This document shows positions 40,019-56,759 of a stretch of 64,000 bases of DNA, piece by piece. The notes beneath the pieces were generated by a model. That model saw only the letters and a program-made list of their open reading frames with translations. It was not told the origin of the DNA and did no database searches. The stretch covers positions 13,206,001 through 13,270,000 of the forward strand of contig OX597822.1 in the NCBI GenBank assembly GCA_951406725.2, in the 5' to 3' direction. The stretch's first letter is position 1. Each line of letters begins with the position of its first letter. The translations under genes were made by a program, and so were the position numbers. Source of the DNA: Octopus vulgaris. Its lineage: Eukaryota.

Positions 40019-40739
40019 ATTATGTATGTATGCAGGCATGCCTACATGCATGTCTGTATGTGCGTATGATACTAAAGATCTTCATGAACAAAAGGTTTCA
40101 TTCTAATCGCAAAGTAACTATTTCATTTACGTCACTCTTGCTTCACGTTCCGTTCTTCAGACGAATGTAAAAGTTGCAACAATTATCACCTATATATAAA
40201 TCGTTTTCCATAAAAAGAAATAATGTGTAAAGATTTAATTATAATGTTGGGGCTTTATTGTACATAGATAGAGACTTATTTTTCTTGTATTTTATATATG
40301 CATTTTATATTTGAGGCAATTATATGTGGCTGTGTGCATGCTTATAAGAAAATGTAAAAAATGCAAGTTTAGAAAGTTTTTAATAGGCTTTTATTAGATA
40401 TATACGCACGTATTGAGTATTTTCTACACTGAAGGTTATAAGAGTGCGCGCACACTTACATCTATACACATGGTCCCAATATTCACGGGTAGATATCTGA
40501 ATTGTCTTGAGATTAAGCTATATTTAAAAATGGCTTTGCCGTACAGCGCTAAAACTACAATGGCTTAATGGAAAAGATAAAATGCATGCCAAATACCAGT
40601 TATTGGGAACAAGTGAAGAGGAAATGAAGAATGATATAATATTAATCTAACTATGGAGACCAGCGGCGGTTCTGAAGAGTTCTACAGTTAAATATAGTAC
40701 TTTCAGGTTCAGCACAGAGAGAGAGAGAGAGAGAGAGCT

Positions 40740-41220
40740 CCCACAAAATCTATCACAAGAGCATTGTCAGAGTAACACTGCTTTGCTTATAAAAAACTTT
40801 GCGTCTTCTATCAGAGACCACAACAAAATAAAGATTATTGATAATTCAAATAGTATGTAAACCCTGACAAATGTAATAGCCTGGAGATTCTGTAGTCTAC
40901 TACGCCGAATTTCACTCTAGCGATAATTCTTCACCGACTTTCTCCGTCAATCTCACGAAGAATAGTTCAAATCAGAACAGACATACTTTTGTTAATATTA
41001 GGTATTTCGAGCAACTGCTTCATCAAGATATATCTGGATGCATAAAGAAACGACCTAACACACGATAAGAATTATTTAATCCATTCAAGAATTAGCTAAG
41101 CCATGTCGTCTCTCAAACTTCAACTCTTGGTTCCATTGTGAGTTATACTTTCTACAAAATTTGAGCTCACAACTATTAGATATTAGTCGATACGCACCAG
41201 AATGCGTTCGGGGAAGATAA
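40740..41220 (+). mobile_element. Possible decayed RTE RT C-terminal remnant
   Basis: NPDKC and LG...RI.KA-like traces only. Confidence 0.2.
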
Positions 41221-41274
41221 ATAACACGGTACAAATTTTCAGTCAACTTCGCTAACTTTAGTCAACGACTACAA

Positions 41275-41565
41275 GGCAGGACATTGCGGTTAAGAAGCTC
41301 GCATTGCAACATACATACATTGCAACTTACATACATGTGTGTGTGTGTGTGTGTAAATGTTTACTATACCCTCTCACCGCTCCACAACCGGTATTTCTTT
41401 ATGTTCCTCGTAACTTAGCGACTGAGCAAGAGGTCGGATAGAATAGGTGGTAGACGCTATTTTTTAAAGAAAGGCATAAAAGCTAAGGCCAACTTGTTCG
41501 TCTAAAACTCTTCAAGATATTCCCCAGCATAGCCGCAATTTAACGAATGAAACTAGCAAAATATT
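41275..41565 (+). mobile_element. Old OR2-related SINE
   Basis: gtaacttagcg..gatagaatag..ccccagcatagccgca blocks. Confidence 0.6.
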
Positions 41566-41999
41566 TTTTTAATTCCAATGAAATATTGGCAAACGTCATA
41601 TAAGCCACTTCCACGTATAATATCTTTAACGTTTCTGGCAACATAACACTGTATACTATTACGGTCGTCTTTGCTAACTTTAGTAAACTACATTCTGTAG
41701 CACTCTTAACCCTTTCTGTAGAACTGAGACTCCAATTAGCAACAAGCTGCTTTCTTTTGTAATATTCAGGCCATAACACCAAATATCTGTTAACACTAAT
41801 TCTTTTTACTTCATTTCCATTCACTTCGTTTCAACTTTGATGACTTGTATTCGTTTTATCCTGAATTTTGCTTTATTTTACCACAAGCATTCTAATCAAT
41901 CTCATTTTGAAAACAGTTTAAAGAGTAACTTTTAACATTTTCCAAATTCTATATTTCAAAACTTTATGAATTTCTGCTTGCGTGTGTTTGCATGTGTGC

Positions 42000-42090
<91 letters not shown>

Positions 42091-42242
42091 AGGTACATAT
42101 TTATATACTGTATATGTATATATATGTGTGTGTGTGTGTATGTATATATGTATGCACGTATGTAATAAACGTATATGTTATATATACATACATATGCAGA
42201 CATATATGCATATAGATGTATGTGCATGTATGTACGAATATG

Positions 42243-42300
<58 letters not shown>

Positions 42301-42714
42301 TATGTAATTTTATGAATTTAAAGATATAGTTATTTCTTTATCATGATTTTTATCATGTTATATCACACGTTTTTACATATATATTAAATATATTAGATAT
42401 ATTACCTATCTCAGACATATTGCATGCATACAACGTACTTTTCATGAGACCATTTTTTTCCATAGAAATCTTTTAATTTCTCATTTCTGCAAATTCTTTT
42501 TTTTTAATTTTTCAAATATATAATTCGCCTTTTATAATTCAACAGCTTTTTCCATGTGTCTGTGCAACATCCATCCAGGTCAATTCGTTTAATGATTCGT
42601 ATAGGAGTCCTCCAGGTTTTGTAATATAATTTAATATCTTGCTATCAATTATACTTTAGACATAGCTTCAGTTACTCGCAGAATATGTGTGTCTGTGTAC
42701 GAAATGTATACTCT

Positions 42715-43110
42715 ATTACTCTTTTAATTGTTTCAGTCATTTGACTGTGGCCATGCTGGAGAACCGCCTTCAGTCGAGCAAATCGACCCCAGGACTTATT
42801 CTATGTATGTCTAGTACTTACTCTATCGGGCTCCTTTGCAGAACCGCTAAGTTACGGAGACGTAAACACACCAGCATCGGTTGTCAAGCGATGTTGGGGG
42901 GACAAACACAGACAAGCAAACATATATACACACACATGCATACATATATACATATATACGACGGCTTTCTTTCAGTTTCCGTCTACCAAATCCACTGACA
43001 AGGCTTTGGTCGACCCGAAGCTTTAGTAGAAGACACTTGTCCAAGGTGCCATGCAATGGGACTGAACCCGGAACCATGTGGTTGATAAGCAAGCCACTCC
43101 TACGCCTATG
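42715..43110 (-). mobile_element. Full-length OR2-like SINE
   Basis: Reverse complement of 39570-39975. Confidence 0.9.
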
Positions 43111-43329
43111 TGTGTAGATGAGTATCTTTATCTTTCATTTTTCACTTACTCCCCTCGTTGGACTGCGCTAATGCTAGAGCACATTCTTTAAGGGTATAGT
43201 GGACCCCGGTATTTATTTTCAGATTGGTTCGTATTCTATCGATCCCTCTTCCGAACTAAAAAAAATACGGAGACATGAATAAGCCAACAACGTTCGTCAA
43301 ACAGTGGCGGGATGCAACCAGAAACACTC

Positions 43330-43635
43330 ATAGTAGACACACCAGTCATGGACGACGGATGAGAATCGGCAATTACTTACTGAACAACCTGCATCGATCA
43401 CTTGGTTATATACTGATCAGGTTTTTGTGCAGCATATTAGCTCACTCTCTCCATCAGCACGACATTTCCTGTACAGGTGCACAGTGGACCACACATAGGA
43501 TCTCGAATTCGTTGCGGAGCAATGGTCGATGAAATATTTGGGTCAACAAAATTACGCACCACTTGATCCGGGAATCGACACCACGATCTGGCGCTTTTGA
43601 GTGCAACATACTGACCACTGTGCCACGCGCTTTGA
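43330..43635 (-). mobile_element. tRNA-derived SINE, fourth family
   Basis: Minus head gcgcgtggcacagtggtcagtatgttgcactc..gtgtcgattcccgg. Confidence 0.65.
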
Positions 43636-43749
43636 CACACACACACACACACATATATATATGTGTTTATAAATTTAACCTTTAAAGGTATTTTTTAATA
43701 TGCTAGCCATTGATAGAATTTTTTTCGAAAAATTCAATCCTATATTAGA

Positions 43750-43784
<35 letters not shown>

Positions 43785-43787
<3 letters not shown>

Positions 43788-43920
43788 CGACAGGTATCAC
43801 GAAATCCACACAAAAGGGCTTACTCGGCCCGAGGCTATAGTAGAAGAAACTTGCCCAAGGTGCCACTGAACCCGGACGCAAGTGGTTGGTAAGCAAGCTA
43901 CTTACCACACAGCCACTCCA
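43785..43920 (-). mobile_element. OR2-like SINE 5' part
   Basis: ggttggtaagcaagctacttaccacacagccactcc head. Confidence 0.8.
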
Positions 43921-43934
43921 ATCTATGTATATAT

Positions 43935-44375
43935 GTACAAAATCGACAGATCGGATTTTGTTGTTTGGAGCAGAAAAGAATAATCGGGTATAGTCACCGA
44001 CGTTAGTTGCCCTGTCGATGCAAATATCTCTTCGAAAATCAAAGAGAAAGAAAGTATCAATGGACAGCTGCTTGGAAAGCTGGAGCTTCTCTTCCTTGAT
44101 TAGAAATTTATATTCATAACAATAATAATTGGTGAAGTCAGTTATGTTGGTAGATGCTTCAGTTACAACTTCGAAAACCTAAGTGTCCAGTGACTATGTA
44201 CTTTACGGATAAAACCTGTAAGTGGTACAGTCAAAATATGCGAGACTTTTCTTATGCTTAATTTATAACAACTCCTGCTTGTGCAGATGTGTTATCAAAA
44301 TTCCATTGACAGAAATCCTGTTTCTCGAATACAAACCAATTTCCACCCAGAAAGAATTTCAATAAATACAAGAAC
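43935..44375 (+). mobile_element. R4/Dong-like LINE 3' fragment (RLE domain)
   Basis: DRSDFVVWSRKE*SGIVTDVSCPVDANISSKIKEKE..GQLL..LELLF.D*KFIFITIIIG. Confidence 0.75.
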
Positions 44376-44418
44376 TGCGACAAACATGCATAGATGTATT
44401 CATACTCCGTCATTTACC

Positions 44419-44498
<80 letters not shown>

Positions 44499-44663
44499 GT
44501 GTGTGTGTGTGTGTGTGTGTCAATTTGTACGAGTCTGTGTTAGACAGTGTTTGTGATTGTATGCATATATGTTTGCTTCTTTGTCACTATATATATATAT
44601 ATAAATATCTATATACATGCACATACATATATACATATATATACGTATACATATATACCTATA

Positions 44664-44730
<67 letters not shown>

Positions 44731-45404
44731 TATACACACACACATATATACATACATCGTGTGTATGTGTTTGCTTGTCTGTGTGTACTGTTTACGTGTT
44801 TATGCAATAACTCATTTCAAATAATTCTACACGTCACGCACTGATATATACAACTTCGTGTATGTGCGTGTGTATGTATATACCGCTGCATTATGAGCCT
44901 GCGTCTGTGGTGAGTGTGTGCGTGTATGCGTGCATGAGTGTGTATCTGTCCGAAGCCATGTCAAATACTTTCACACTGCCATCCAATGCCATCTACCATC
45001 ATTCTCAATCACCAGATATTCTTGACAAACAAGTTCAGTCAATTACTAGACGTTTCACGATCAGAGCTGTTACCCATGACTGATCAACCAAGACAGCTTA
45101 CAGATTAAACTAGGTGACCCATCGTGTATTTCCTGGCCACAACCATCCGCAAGAAGAGAGAGAGAAGGAAAGGGAGAGAGAGAGCAAATGAAAGAGAGAG
45201 ACAAAGAGAAATGGACGCCGATTGCCGAAGAAATTTTTGTTAGTTTTACGACGACGAATATTCAATTATTCCACAATCCCAATGATGTGAAAGATACTGT
45301 CGTTTCTAGATCTGATCACATCTCATGAACGTTGTTTTAATATTAATAATTTGAGCGTTATGTAGACAAGGAAATAGTAAAAACAACAACAAAAACAATA
45401 ATAG

Positions 45405-45600
45405 TGGTTTCCAACTTTGGCACAAGGCCAGCAGATTCGTGGGGAAGGAGCGAGTCGAATACATCAAGTCCAGTGCTCAAATATTAATACTTACTTTATC
45501 GATCTCGAAAGGACAAAAGGCAATGGTGACCTCGGGGGCAACTGAACTCAGAATGCACAGACCGACGAAATGCCACTATGCGTAATTGGGGCGGTCGGGG
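45405..45600 (-). mobile_element. OR1-like SINE (diverged)
   Basis: ggtttccaactttggcacaaggccagca...tttatcgatctcgaaagga. Confidence 0.7.
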
Positions 45601-46321
45601 GAGAATAGAGAGAGAGAGGGAGAGAGGGAGAGAGAGAGAGAGAAATGGACGCCGATTGCCGAAGAAATATTTGATCATGTCCACTATGGAATATGTCAAC
45701 ACATCAATGTGAAAACGTGGTATACACATTTATCACATATTGTACGAAATGACCTAACCACATTCATCCGGTATGTAGCTGTAAACTGACAAAGCTATCA
45801 ACAAAAGCTGTTTAGATTTATTTATGAAAGACAGAAAGGAAAATGCCTGTGGTCTAGTAGACATTTTTCTCGCTTCTTACCAAAACTTTGCCCGGAATAA
45901 CATAGAGAAACTGTGAAAGTATAAAGCTCTTAAAACTGAAATAATATGAATGTGGGGTGAGAAAGTCAGCTCAGTACTATTAATAATTGATTCACTGGAT
46001 ATGATCTGAATAGGTGAACATAAACGTAGAAGCTATGCCATGGTTTAAAACATTATACAAAGTCCAAAACTATAGCACATCTCTACACAACCCACATTCT
46101 GCGCAAGTCACCATCAATTCACTAACAGCCAAACCGCACAACACATACCCCATACAATCGCCAAATAACATTCCACAATTCACTCAACTTATGCCTGCTC
46201 CATGTGAAAACGCTTCAAATCTGTTGCTCAGCACATACGGAACATAAAAATGACTTACACTCTGCCAGTTACGTCGGCGAGGGTTCCAGTTGATCCGATC
46301 AATGGTACAGTCTGATCGGAA

Positions 46322-46697
46322 AATGATAATGATAATGACGACGACAATGATGATGAAGACGATGATGACGATAATGAGGATATCGATGATGAAGATGGTG
46401 ATACGATGAGGATAACTATGATGATGAAGACGATGACGATGATAAAGATAATAAGGATAACAATGATGGTGAGGGTGATGAAAATGGTGAGGACGATGAA
46501 GATGACGATGACAATGACGAAAAGGATACTGCTGCTGCTGATGGTGATAATGATGATGATGATGATGATGCCGAAGAGGATGATACCGATGATGATAATA
46601 ATAACGATAAAGATGATGCTAATGAGGATAACGACGATGATGATGATGGTGATAAAGATGAAGATACCGATGATGATGATGATGATGATGATGATGG
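46322..46697. repeat. Degenerate (GAT)n low-complexity tract
   Basis: Direct observation. Confidence 0.9.
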
Positions 46698-46997
46698 AAC
46701 CTGCGAAAAAAAAACGTAAACGTAGAAACAAAATCTGCAACATCAGCGGCAAAAATAATTACAAATTGCAAATGTCTTAGCATAAGAATGGTCACGTTGA
46801 ATAGCTTAAAGCACGTGTGTCGGCATGGATCACGTGGTACGACCTGGTCTCATCCATCAACTTGATAGTGTGATGTTCAAAAATATAAATTACGAACGCA
46901 TACATAACATATGTAGATTCACATGTATACAGACAACGTAGATACACACATAGTACATAGAACAGAAAACATATAAAACACACACACACACACAAAC

Positions 46998-47042
<45 letters not shown>

Positions 47043-47586
47043 GCATATAACACGCTTATACAAATCAAATGAAATCGAACGAATGCTTAAGCAGTAAAAA
47101 AACAGTTTTGAATAGCTACAGAAAGAAAGAAAGAAAGAAAGAAAGAAGGAAGGAAAGAAAAAAGGAATAGAAAGAGACGGAAAGTAAGAGAGAAAGAAAC
47201 AAAGGAACGAACGAAGAGGTGGGGAAGAAACAACGAAAGAAATAAAGGAACGAAAAAAAGAAACACAATATAAAAAAAATAAAGGAAAATTTGACAGACA
47301 TAAAAATAAGGGAAAATTTTTTAAAAAGCAAATTATTGGAGAAAAAAGCATAACTAAGAAAAAAACAAAAATATAATAGAGAAAGAAAAAACAAAGCTTC
47401 ATTAATCCTATGGGTTTGCTTGGCTTGATGTAGCAACAATGTGGCGACGGTTTGTGGGGGGAAATAATTGAGTGACATAAAACTCAGACTTCATAATGTA
47501 ACCATTTTGAAGGATTCTACTTTAACACGATTAAACTCAAGAAATGAATACTTTAATTAATAATGATCTAGCAGGTTCTCTTCGTC

Positions 47587-47657
<71 letters not shown>

Positions 47658-47891
47658 ACTGCTGATGATGATGATGAGGAGGAGGAGGTTGATAAGAATG
47701 ATGATGATCGTGGTGATGGTGGTGATGACGATGATGATGATGTTGATTTGCTGTTGTTGCTAATATTGTTGGAGTTAATGCTTGTTTATTATTATTGTTT
47801 CTCATATTCTTGTTGTTCTTAAATGTTATTTTCTCCCTACTAAGTTTGTTGAAGCTGTTTATTTCGATTTGTTGTTGTTATTGCTTTCTTC

Positions 47892-48426
<535 letters not shown>

Positions 48427-48542
48427 ATAATAATAATAATAATAATGATAATAGTGATAATAAAAATAATAGTAATAATAATAATAATGATAATAATATT
48501 GATGAGAATTTCATTTATTTGCCACAAAGGTGAACGCTGAGG

Positions 48543-48589
<47 letters not shown>

Positions 48590-48607
48590 TTAGGGGCAGT
48601 AGTAGTG

Positions 48608-48663
<56 letters not shown>

Positions 48664-48794
48664 TGTTGTAATAGCAGCAGCAGTAGTAGTTGTAGTTATT
48701 ATTATCATTGTTGTTGTTCCTGTTGTCTTCGTCGTTGTCGCCATCATCATCATCATTATTATTATTACTATTATTATTGTTGTTGTTGTTACAA

Positions 48795-49200
48795 GTGATG
48801 GTGGCTTGGCAGAATCATTGGAGCATCGGATAAAATGTGTTGCGTTATTTGTTCCGGCTCTTTACGTTCTGTGTTTAGGTCCCATTGAGGTCAAATTCGA
48901 CTCTCATCCTTCCGGGGTCGATAAAATAAAATATCACTCGGGGAACTGCAGTTGATTTAATCGACCTAATGTTTCCCCAAATGTGGGGGCCTTTTGCCTA
49001 AATTAAAAACAATTACTGGCAGAATCATTAGCACTCCGGACAAAATGCTTAGCGGCATTTCGTCCGTCTCCACGTTCTGAGTTTAGGTCACACTGAGGTC
49101 AAATTTACCTTTCATTCTTTCCAGGTCGATATGATAATTTGATGTAATCGACTTGGCCCATTCCCTAAAGTTGTTAGCCTTCTGCCAAAATTTGAAACCA
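48795..49200 (+). mobile_element. Two tandem OR1-like SINEs
   Basis: tggcagaatcatt.gca..cgga.aaaatg...tcatccttccggggtcgataaaa. Confidence 0.8.
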
Positions 49201-49260
49201 AAACTATTATTGTTGTTGTTGCTGTTGTTATTTATTATTATTATCATTATTATTATTTTA

Positions 49261-49382
49261 TGTTTGACTTTTGCTTTGCATTTGTACAAGTGGACTCCAA
49301 GTCTAACCAAGAGACCTCAAGAGACAACAATTTAGACGTTCATCTTGGTGTTATGCCTAGGGTGTCATATATTTGGTTTTGC

Positions 49383-49429
<47 letters not shown>

Positions 49430-49438
49430 ATTATTATG

Positions 49439-49486
<48 letters not shown>

Positions 49487-50142
49487 ATTATTATTATTAT
49501 GTTTGACTTTTGCTTTGTATGTATACAAGCTGACTCCGAGTCTCACACTGAAACCTCAAGAGACACCATGTTAGAAGTTCATGTTGGGGTTATGCCTAGG
49601 GTGTCATATATTTAGTTTTGCACATAGTATTGTTCTAGAGAATGTTTAAGATAGCATAAGAAAATTATGAGTTTGTTTTAGAATTTGAGATTACATAGTA
49701 TTTTACGTAGGATGTGGGCAGTTCCCATGAGCATTTAATACTTTTAATACTTGATTATTTAATACTTTCCTGATTATTTCGGCCGTGACAAGGATGCAAA
49801 CCACTTGTAACAGTTCTACTGGGTACTCGATTCCAATTTCCTTTATATCCTTCTTGATGCCTTCTGATACTGTTCCCAAAGTCCCACCAATAATTGGCAT
49901 TATCTTTACCTTCTTAATTTTTCATAGCCGGGCTATTTCGTTCTTAAGAGGATTGTATCTATCTTTTCGTCTTCTTCACTTTTCCTGGGTCAAAGGGACA
50001 GGCAACATCAACTATATAGCACATGTGGTGCATCTTGTTGACCACCACTAAATCCGATCTGTTATACTCTAGCACCTGATTTGTTTGGATTGAGAAATCC
50101 CAGAGGATTTTGCAGGTCTCCGACCCTGCCACTCTCTGCGGT
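49261..50142 (-). mobile_element. Dong/R4-like LINE 3' fragment (49500-50142) plus an extra 3'-UTR copy (49261-49381), in (AAT)n
   Basis: KILWDFSIQTNQVLEYNRSDLVVV..CYIVDVACPFD...MPIIGGTLGTV..LLQ..TAEIIRKVL. Confidence 0.85.
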
Positions 50143-51204
<1,062 letters not shown>

Positions 51205-51205
51205 G

Positions 51206-51672
51206 AGTGAGAGAGCAGTTCATGCCATCAAAGTGACACTGGGGTAAAATATACAAAGCCCAGTATACCCATCATGACCACCCGTCTGATAAGGGTACAC
51301 CAGGCACTTGCATCATAACTATATGTGTGCGACATGGTGATCTCATATCAAGATAAACAGCACATGACCTTGCAGGTGGGGCCCAGTTAGAATTTTCTTC
51401 AGGTTGAGTAGCCCATCCCGCTCAAACGGTCCCTGAATAAGGGTTGTTTAAGGATGTTGAAAGAACCACCCATATTTCCAGAGGTGAACTATTCAAACCC
51501 CAAACAATCCCTCTCAACACATGGCTATGATGCTCCCCCACTACTTCTGCTCGTGATCAGAGATGCACATATCGTCAGCCACTAAGGGACATGCTCAACT
51601 GGTTAAGGTCAAACAACTGACAAGCAAATCTGTGGTATTGAGCAGAATATTTGCTGTAGCGCATCTTTTTAT
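51206..51672 (-). mobile_element. 560-bp non-coding element, truncated copy
   Basis: Reverse complement of 59560-60030. Confidence 0.9.
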
Positions 51673-51676
51673 CATT

Positions 51677-51826
51677 CAGTAGTTTTATTTTTATAGCGTG
51701 CTTTCACTTCACTACCGAGCGCAGCTCTGTGTGCCTAGGGTATGTGCTGTGATTTGTTGTGATGCTCTGATGGTTATTGTATGGAAAGTGTTCTGCGTAG
51801 GATGTGTGCAGTGCCTAGTAGTGCCC
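51677..51826 (-). mobile_element. Dong/R4-like extreme 3' end
   Basis: ALLGTAHILRRTLSIQ plus a 3' UTR matching 50306-50455. Confidence 0.85.
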
Positions 51827-51979
<153 letters not shown>

Positions 51980-52466
51980 GTGAGAGAGCAGTGCATGTCA
52001 TCAAAGTGACACAGGTAAAATATAAGATATATATATATAGGACTATATGCGAGTCGGTGTGTGCGTGAGTTTGTAAATACGTATGTGTGTGCCTGTGTGT
52101 TTGTGTGTGTGTGAGTGTGTGTGTGTCTACATATCAGAGGTGTAAACTTTAGCAATTAAAGATCACGACTTTTGGTAAGTGAGACAACAATGAGCAGTGA
52201 ACAGGGGAGTTAATTCAATCGCTATATAAATTCGATTTTCATCTCATTCTAGAAATCACCTCAGAGAATGGGAAGATGTGAAAAAGAAGAAAAATACAGG
52301 TAGACAAAGAGAGAGAGAGGGAAAGAGAGAGAGGGAGAGTGAGAAGGCATTTGGACATGATAACTGCCAGGTAATAATTTTTTTGTGTAATTGCGCACAA
52401 ATACACACAGATAGATAGATAAATAGATGGATTTATAGACAGAGAGAGAGAGAGAGGCAGACAGAC

Positions 52467-52554
<88 letters not shown>

Positions 52555-53254
52555 GATGGATGGATGGATGGATGGATATAAACATAGATATACACATATG
52601 TATTAATTTATTTTTGTTGCTGTTGCCAATATTTTACCGTGTTAGGGTGCGATGTTGCAAAAAGATAATCTCATTATTGGAAGTAATGTTCTTGGTTGAA
52701 ACATAAAGAATCGGCGATGAGTATTTAAAGAGACGCGAATGGGAAATTTGGATGGCGAGGAAGAACATAACAACAACAACAACAACGACAACGACATCAA
52801 CAACAACACCGGAGACATGGCGAGAGCAGAAACATTAAAGATGCTGCTTCTCTTTCTGCTGCTGCTGCTTCTACTGCTGCTGCTGCTGTAGATGATGAGA
52901 CGTTGATTATCATCATTAACAGCAGCATCGCTATCATCATCATCATCATCATCATCGTCATCATCATCATCCACATCTTCGTCCTTCTCCCCTCATGATC
53001 ATAATCATCATCATCGTCATCGTCGTCATTATCTTTGATTCCATAATCATCACCATCGTCGTTGTCGTCATTATCATCGAGAGCAGCAGCAGAAGCAGCA
53101 GCAGCTGAATCGTCACTATCATCAGATCCTCACTGTGACACCATCATCCTGACCATAATTACCATTATCACCAATATCATCATCACCGTTATCAACGTGG
53201 TCATCATTAATGACACCATTATCGTAATAACGATGATCGCCCTCACGACCATAA

Positions 53255-53318
53255 TGACAGCGACAGCGACGACGACGACGACGACGACGATGATGACGAC
53301 GACGACGACGACGACGAC

Positions 53319-53364
<46 letters not shown>

Positions 53365-53401
53365 GTGATGGTGGTGATGATGATGATGATGATGGTGGTG
53401 G

Positions 53402-53463
<62 letters not shown>

Positions 53464-53484
53464 GTGATGATGACGATGATGATG

Positions 53485-53516
<32 letters not shown>

Positions 53517-53743
53517 GATGATGATGGTGATGATGACGGTGATGATGACGATGATGATGATGATGATGATGATGGTGATGATGATGGTGATGATAATGAT
53601 GATGATGATGGTGATGATGACGGTGATGATGACGATGATGATGATGATGATGATGATGGTGATGATGACGATGATGATGATGATGATGATGATGGTGATG
53701 ATGATGGTGATGATGATGATGATGATGATGATGGTGATGATAG

Positions 53744-53795
<52 letters not shown>

Positions 53796-53858
53796 AATGA
53801 TGGTGATGATGATGGTGATGATGACGATGATGATGATGTTGATGATGATGATGATGAC

Positions 53859-53905
<47 letters not shown>

Positions 53906-53912
53906 CGACGAC
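53255..53912. repeat. (GAT)n/(GAC)n microsatellite of about 650 bp
   Basis: Direct observation; explains the poly-M/H/I/S ORFs. Confidence 0.95.
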
Positions 53913-55286
53913 AATATCGCTTGATATTCGTCCACATCTCACATTAAGTTTTCGAAATAAATTCCGCGATATTACAAGAAGGAACATGAAATGGTTTTAC
54001 TTGCCTTTTACTGCCAAACTGTGTTATACAAGAGACAGAGTTGTGAAACATAAATTCGTCTCTTATCGCTATGGCCCTCTCTCCTTAAACAGACATTAAA
54101 ACGAAAGAGAGAGGACGAAGGCAGAGCGAAGAATGTCTACCACCATGTTGTCGTGAATGCTGATGTTGTTGCCGGTGTTGTTGGTGTTATTATTGTTATC
54201 CTTCTTTAAGCACGGGTCAGTTCTGATCAAAGAGCTCGGATCTATAAAGTTTTAGTCTCGTTCACCACGACTTTCTATATTTCTCTCTCTTTTTTCTTTT
54301 GTTTTTGCTGGAATATTTGTTTCATTTCTGTCCGGCACAGGGTATTTATGTCCATCTCTCCAGCCATTTTCACTACTCACTAATCTTTGGGTGGTCGCAG
54401 CGCTGGAGTAATCACTGAGCAAAATGCGCACGTACCTAGAGCATTAAAGAAAGTGGACCACTTCAAGAACGGTAAATGGTTTACGGTACAACAGAAATCA
54501 CTTTTGACTTATTAAAATAGTATTCCAAGTAGTTTATATGGTCAGAAATGAAGTTTCGAGGTGTACAAGGTGTTGCAGGGAGGATCGGGTCTAAACTTTG
54601 TGATTAAAAAAAAGGAGAAAACTTTTCCAAGCATCATCGTCGTTGTCATCATCATCATCATCATCACCGGCCTCCTCCTCCTTCATCTCTCTTCCCCCCC
54701 ACTCCTCTCCTCTCATCATCTCATCATCATCATCATCATCATCAACAACAACAATAACAATATCATAGCATTGTCATCCTCTGGAGCAGCAACAGCAAAC
54801 AACATCGCCATCGTCATTATCATCACTACCATCATCATCAGCAGCATTGATATTATTATTAACATCATCATTATCATTGATATTAAAACGGAAGCAGACA
54901 TAAATGAACATCATATTCTATCTTACAGTTAGCTCTGTTTCATTTTGGAAAATAAATATATATATATGAATATATTTTTCTCGCTTAGCTTCTAATTGTT
55001 CTAATAATTGGACTGCGTCATATTCAATCAGTTATTTTTGTCAAACGGCTACTTCACGAGGATGTAAGCACAACAACACCGGTTGTCAAACAGCGAAGTA
55101 CAAGCACAGACTCAAAAACTTATGCATAATCACACACGCCCGTGCGTATACACACACAAGTAGACACGCACACACACATACATATATATAAAGAAAGACG
55201 GAATGTTAGATACATAGATTGATAGATATACAAATATAAATAAATGAATACATATATTCATACATACATGCATACATATGCATAAT

Positions 55287-55354
<68 letters not shown>

Positions 55355-55356
<2 letters not shown>

Positions 55357-55490
55357 GAGACGATCGTACCAAATTACCGGAGTCATTCTTGTTGCTTATT
55401 TTGATTATAATCACCCCACGGATTTTTATGGATAACACCATACAAAATTCTCGTGCATCTAAATTAAGTACCATATTCATTTGAATCTAA
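55355..55490 (+). repeat. Diverged relative of 21371-21500 (hammerhead 3' half plus Penelope-type tail)
   Basis: gagacgatcgtac..ttgttgcttattttgatt.taatc.ccc...tatggataa.acc.tac.aaattct.gtgc. Confidence 0.6.
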
Positions 55491-55520
55491 ATTTCTGCTG
55501 AACTGATATATATATATATA

Positions 55521-55704
55521 TATAGGTATCAAGTTAGAGGATTTTAATATCTAAGGGGTAATTAAATCCAAAGTCGCTCCTATAAATATAAATATATATA
55601 TATTTATGTCGCTCCTATATATATATATATATATATATATAGGTATCAAGTTAGAGGATTTTAATACCTCTAAGGGGTAATTAAATCCAGAGTCGCTCCT
55701 ATAA

Positions 55705-55712
<8 letters not shown>
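55521..55712. repeat. Direct duplication of about 70 bp separated by (TA)n
   Basis: aggtatcaagttagaggattttaata..ctaaggggtaattaaatcca.agtcgctcctataaatataaa occurs twice. Confidence 0.85.
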
Positions 55713-55760
<48 letters not shown>

Positions 55761-56491
55761 GCACGTACTTACAAATCCGCCTCCTAGACACCGGTTAATC
55801 TCACGTGTGTTTTTGACAAAATTATATCCCGCCAAGAGAGTCACCTGTTTTAATTCCAGGCCTAGTTAATATACAGACCGATATTGAATATACGTGTACG
55901 AAACTTACGTAGGTGAATTTCTTGGAGATTTCTCTGCAAAAGTCGCTGCTTGAAGCGTTGTTCTCCCTCATACTCTCCTCTCACTCTCTCTCTCGCTCTC
56001 TCTCTCTTTGTATATTTCTTGATCTTCATCAAATTTCAGCCATATATACGCAATCTCTGTTATCATTTCCAATCTCTTTACATCTCACTCTCTCTCTCTT
56101 TTCTCTCACATTTACTTGTTTCTCATCCGTTCCTCTTCTTCACTCTCTATGCGCCTCTTTCTCTCTTCCTGTCATTAGGAAATATAATAAAAGGTTGTTA
56201 AGGAATGGTTATGGAGCAATTGGTAGGAACTAACAGAGACAAAGGTTAAACAGAACCCAAGGTCAATGGTTAAAAGAATTATAGGAATTAATGGTTTTGA
56301 TAATGGTGCCAAATTAATAATGGACTATTGCGATTGAATTGTCTACGTGTAGACTGTTTAAATATATTTTAAAATACTCGTATATACACAAGGTCTGTAT
56401 ACATATAGCAAAATAATTATCTATGTATGTGAATTAATAGATACGTGTGCGCATGCGGAAGTGTGCGAGCACATACACACACACACACACA

Positions 56492-56549
<58 letters not shown>

Positions 56550-56658
56550 TGGGGGGAGATAAATCTATGTATAGATATATGCATATATATATATATATAT
56601 ACACACACACGCATATTCATACATATATATATGCAGACACACACATGTATATATACAT

Positions 56659-56759
<101 letters not shown>

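Noticed and set aside
45200-45670. 30-bp direct repeat agagaaatggacgccgattgccgaagaaat as a possible TSD or LTR
   Set aside because: Both copies follow (GA)n tracts; most simply a local slippage duplication with no element structure.
46255-46752. Hydrophobic 165-aa ORF and a minus-strand splice acceptor at about 46700
   Set aside because: The downstream sequence is (CAT)n low complexity running into a SINE fragment; no donor or domain.
52642-52974. 110-aa ORF with acidic and Leu-rich, signal-like segments
   Set aside because: Composed of trinucleotide repeats; no recognisable protein.
53062-54099. 345-aa poly-Met ORF and the antisense poly-His/Ile/Ser ORFs
   Set aside because: Pure (GAT)n microsatellite open in several frames; no coding signal.
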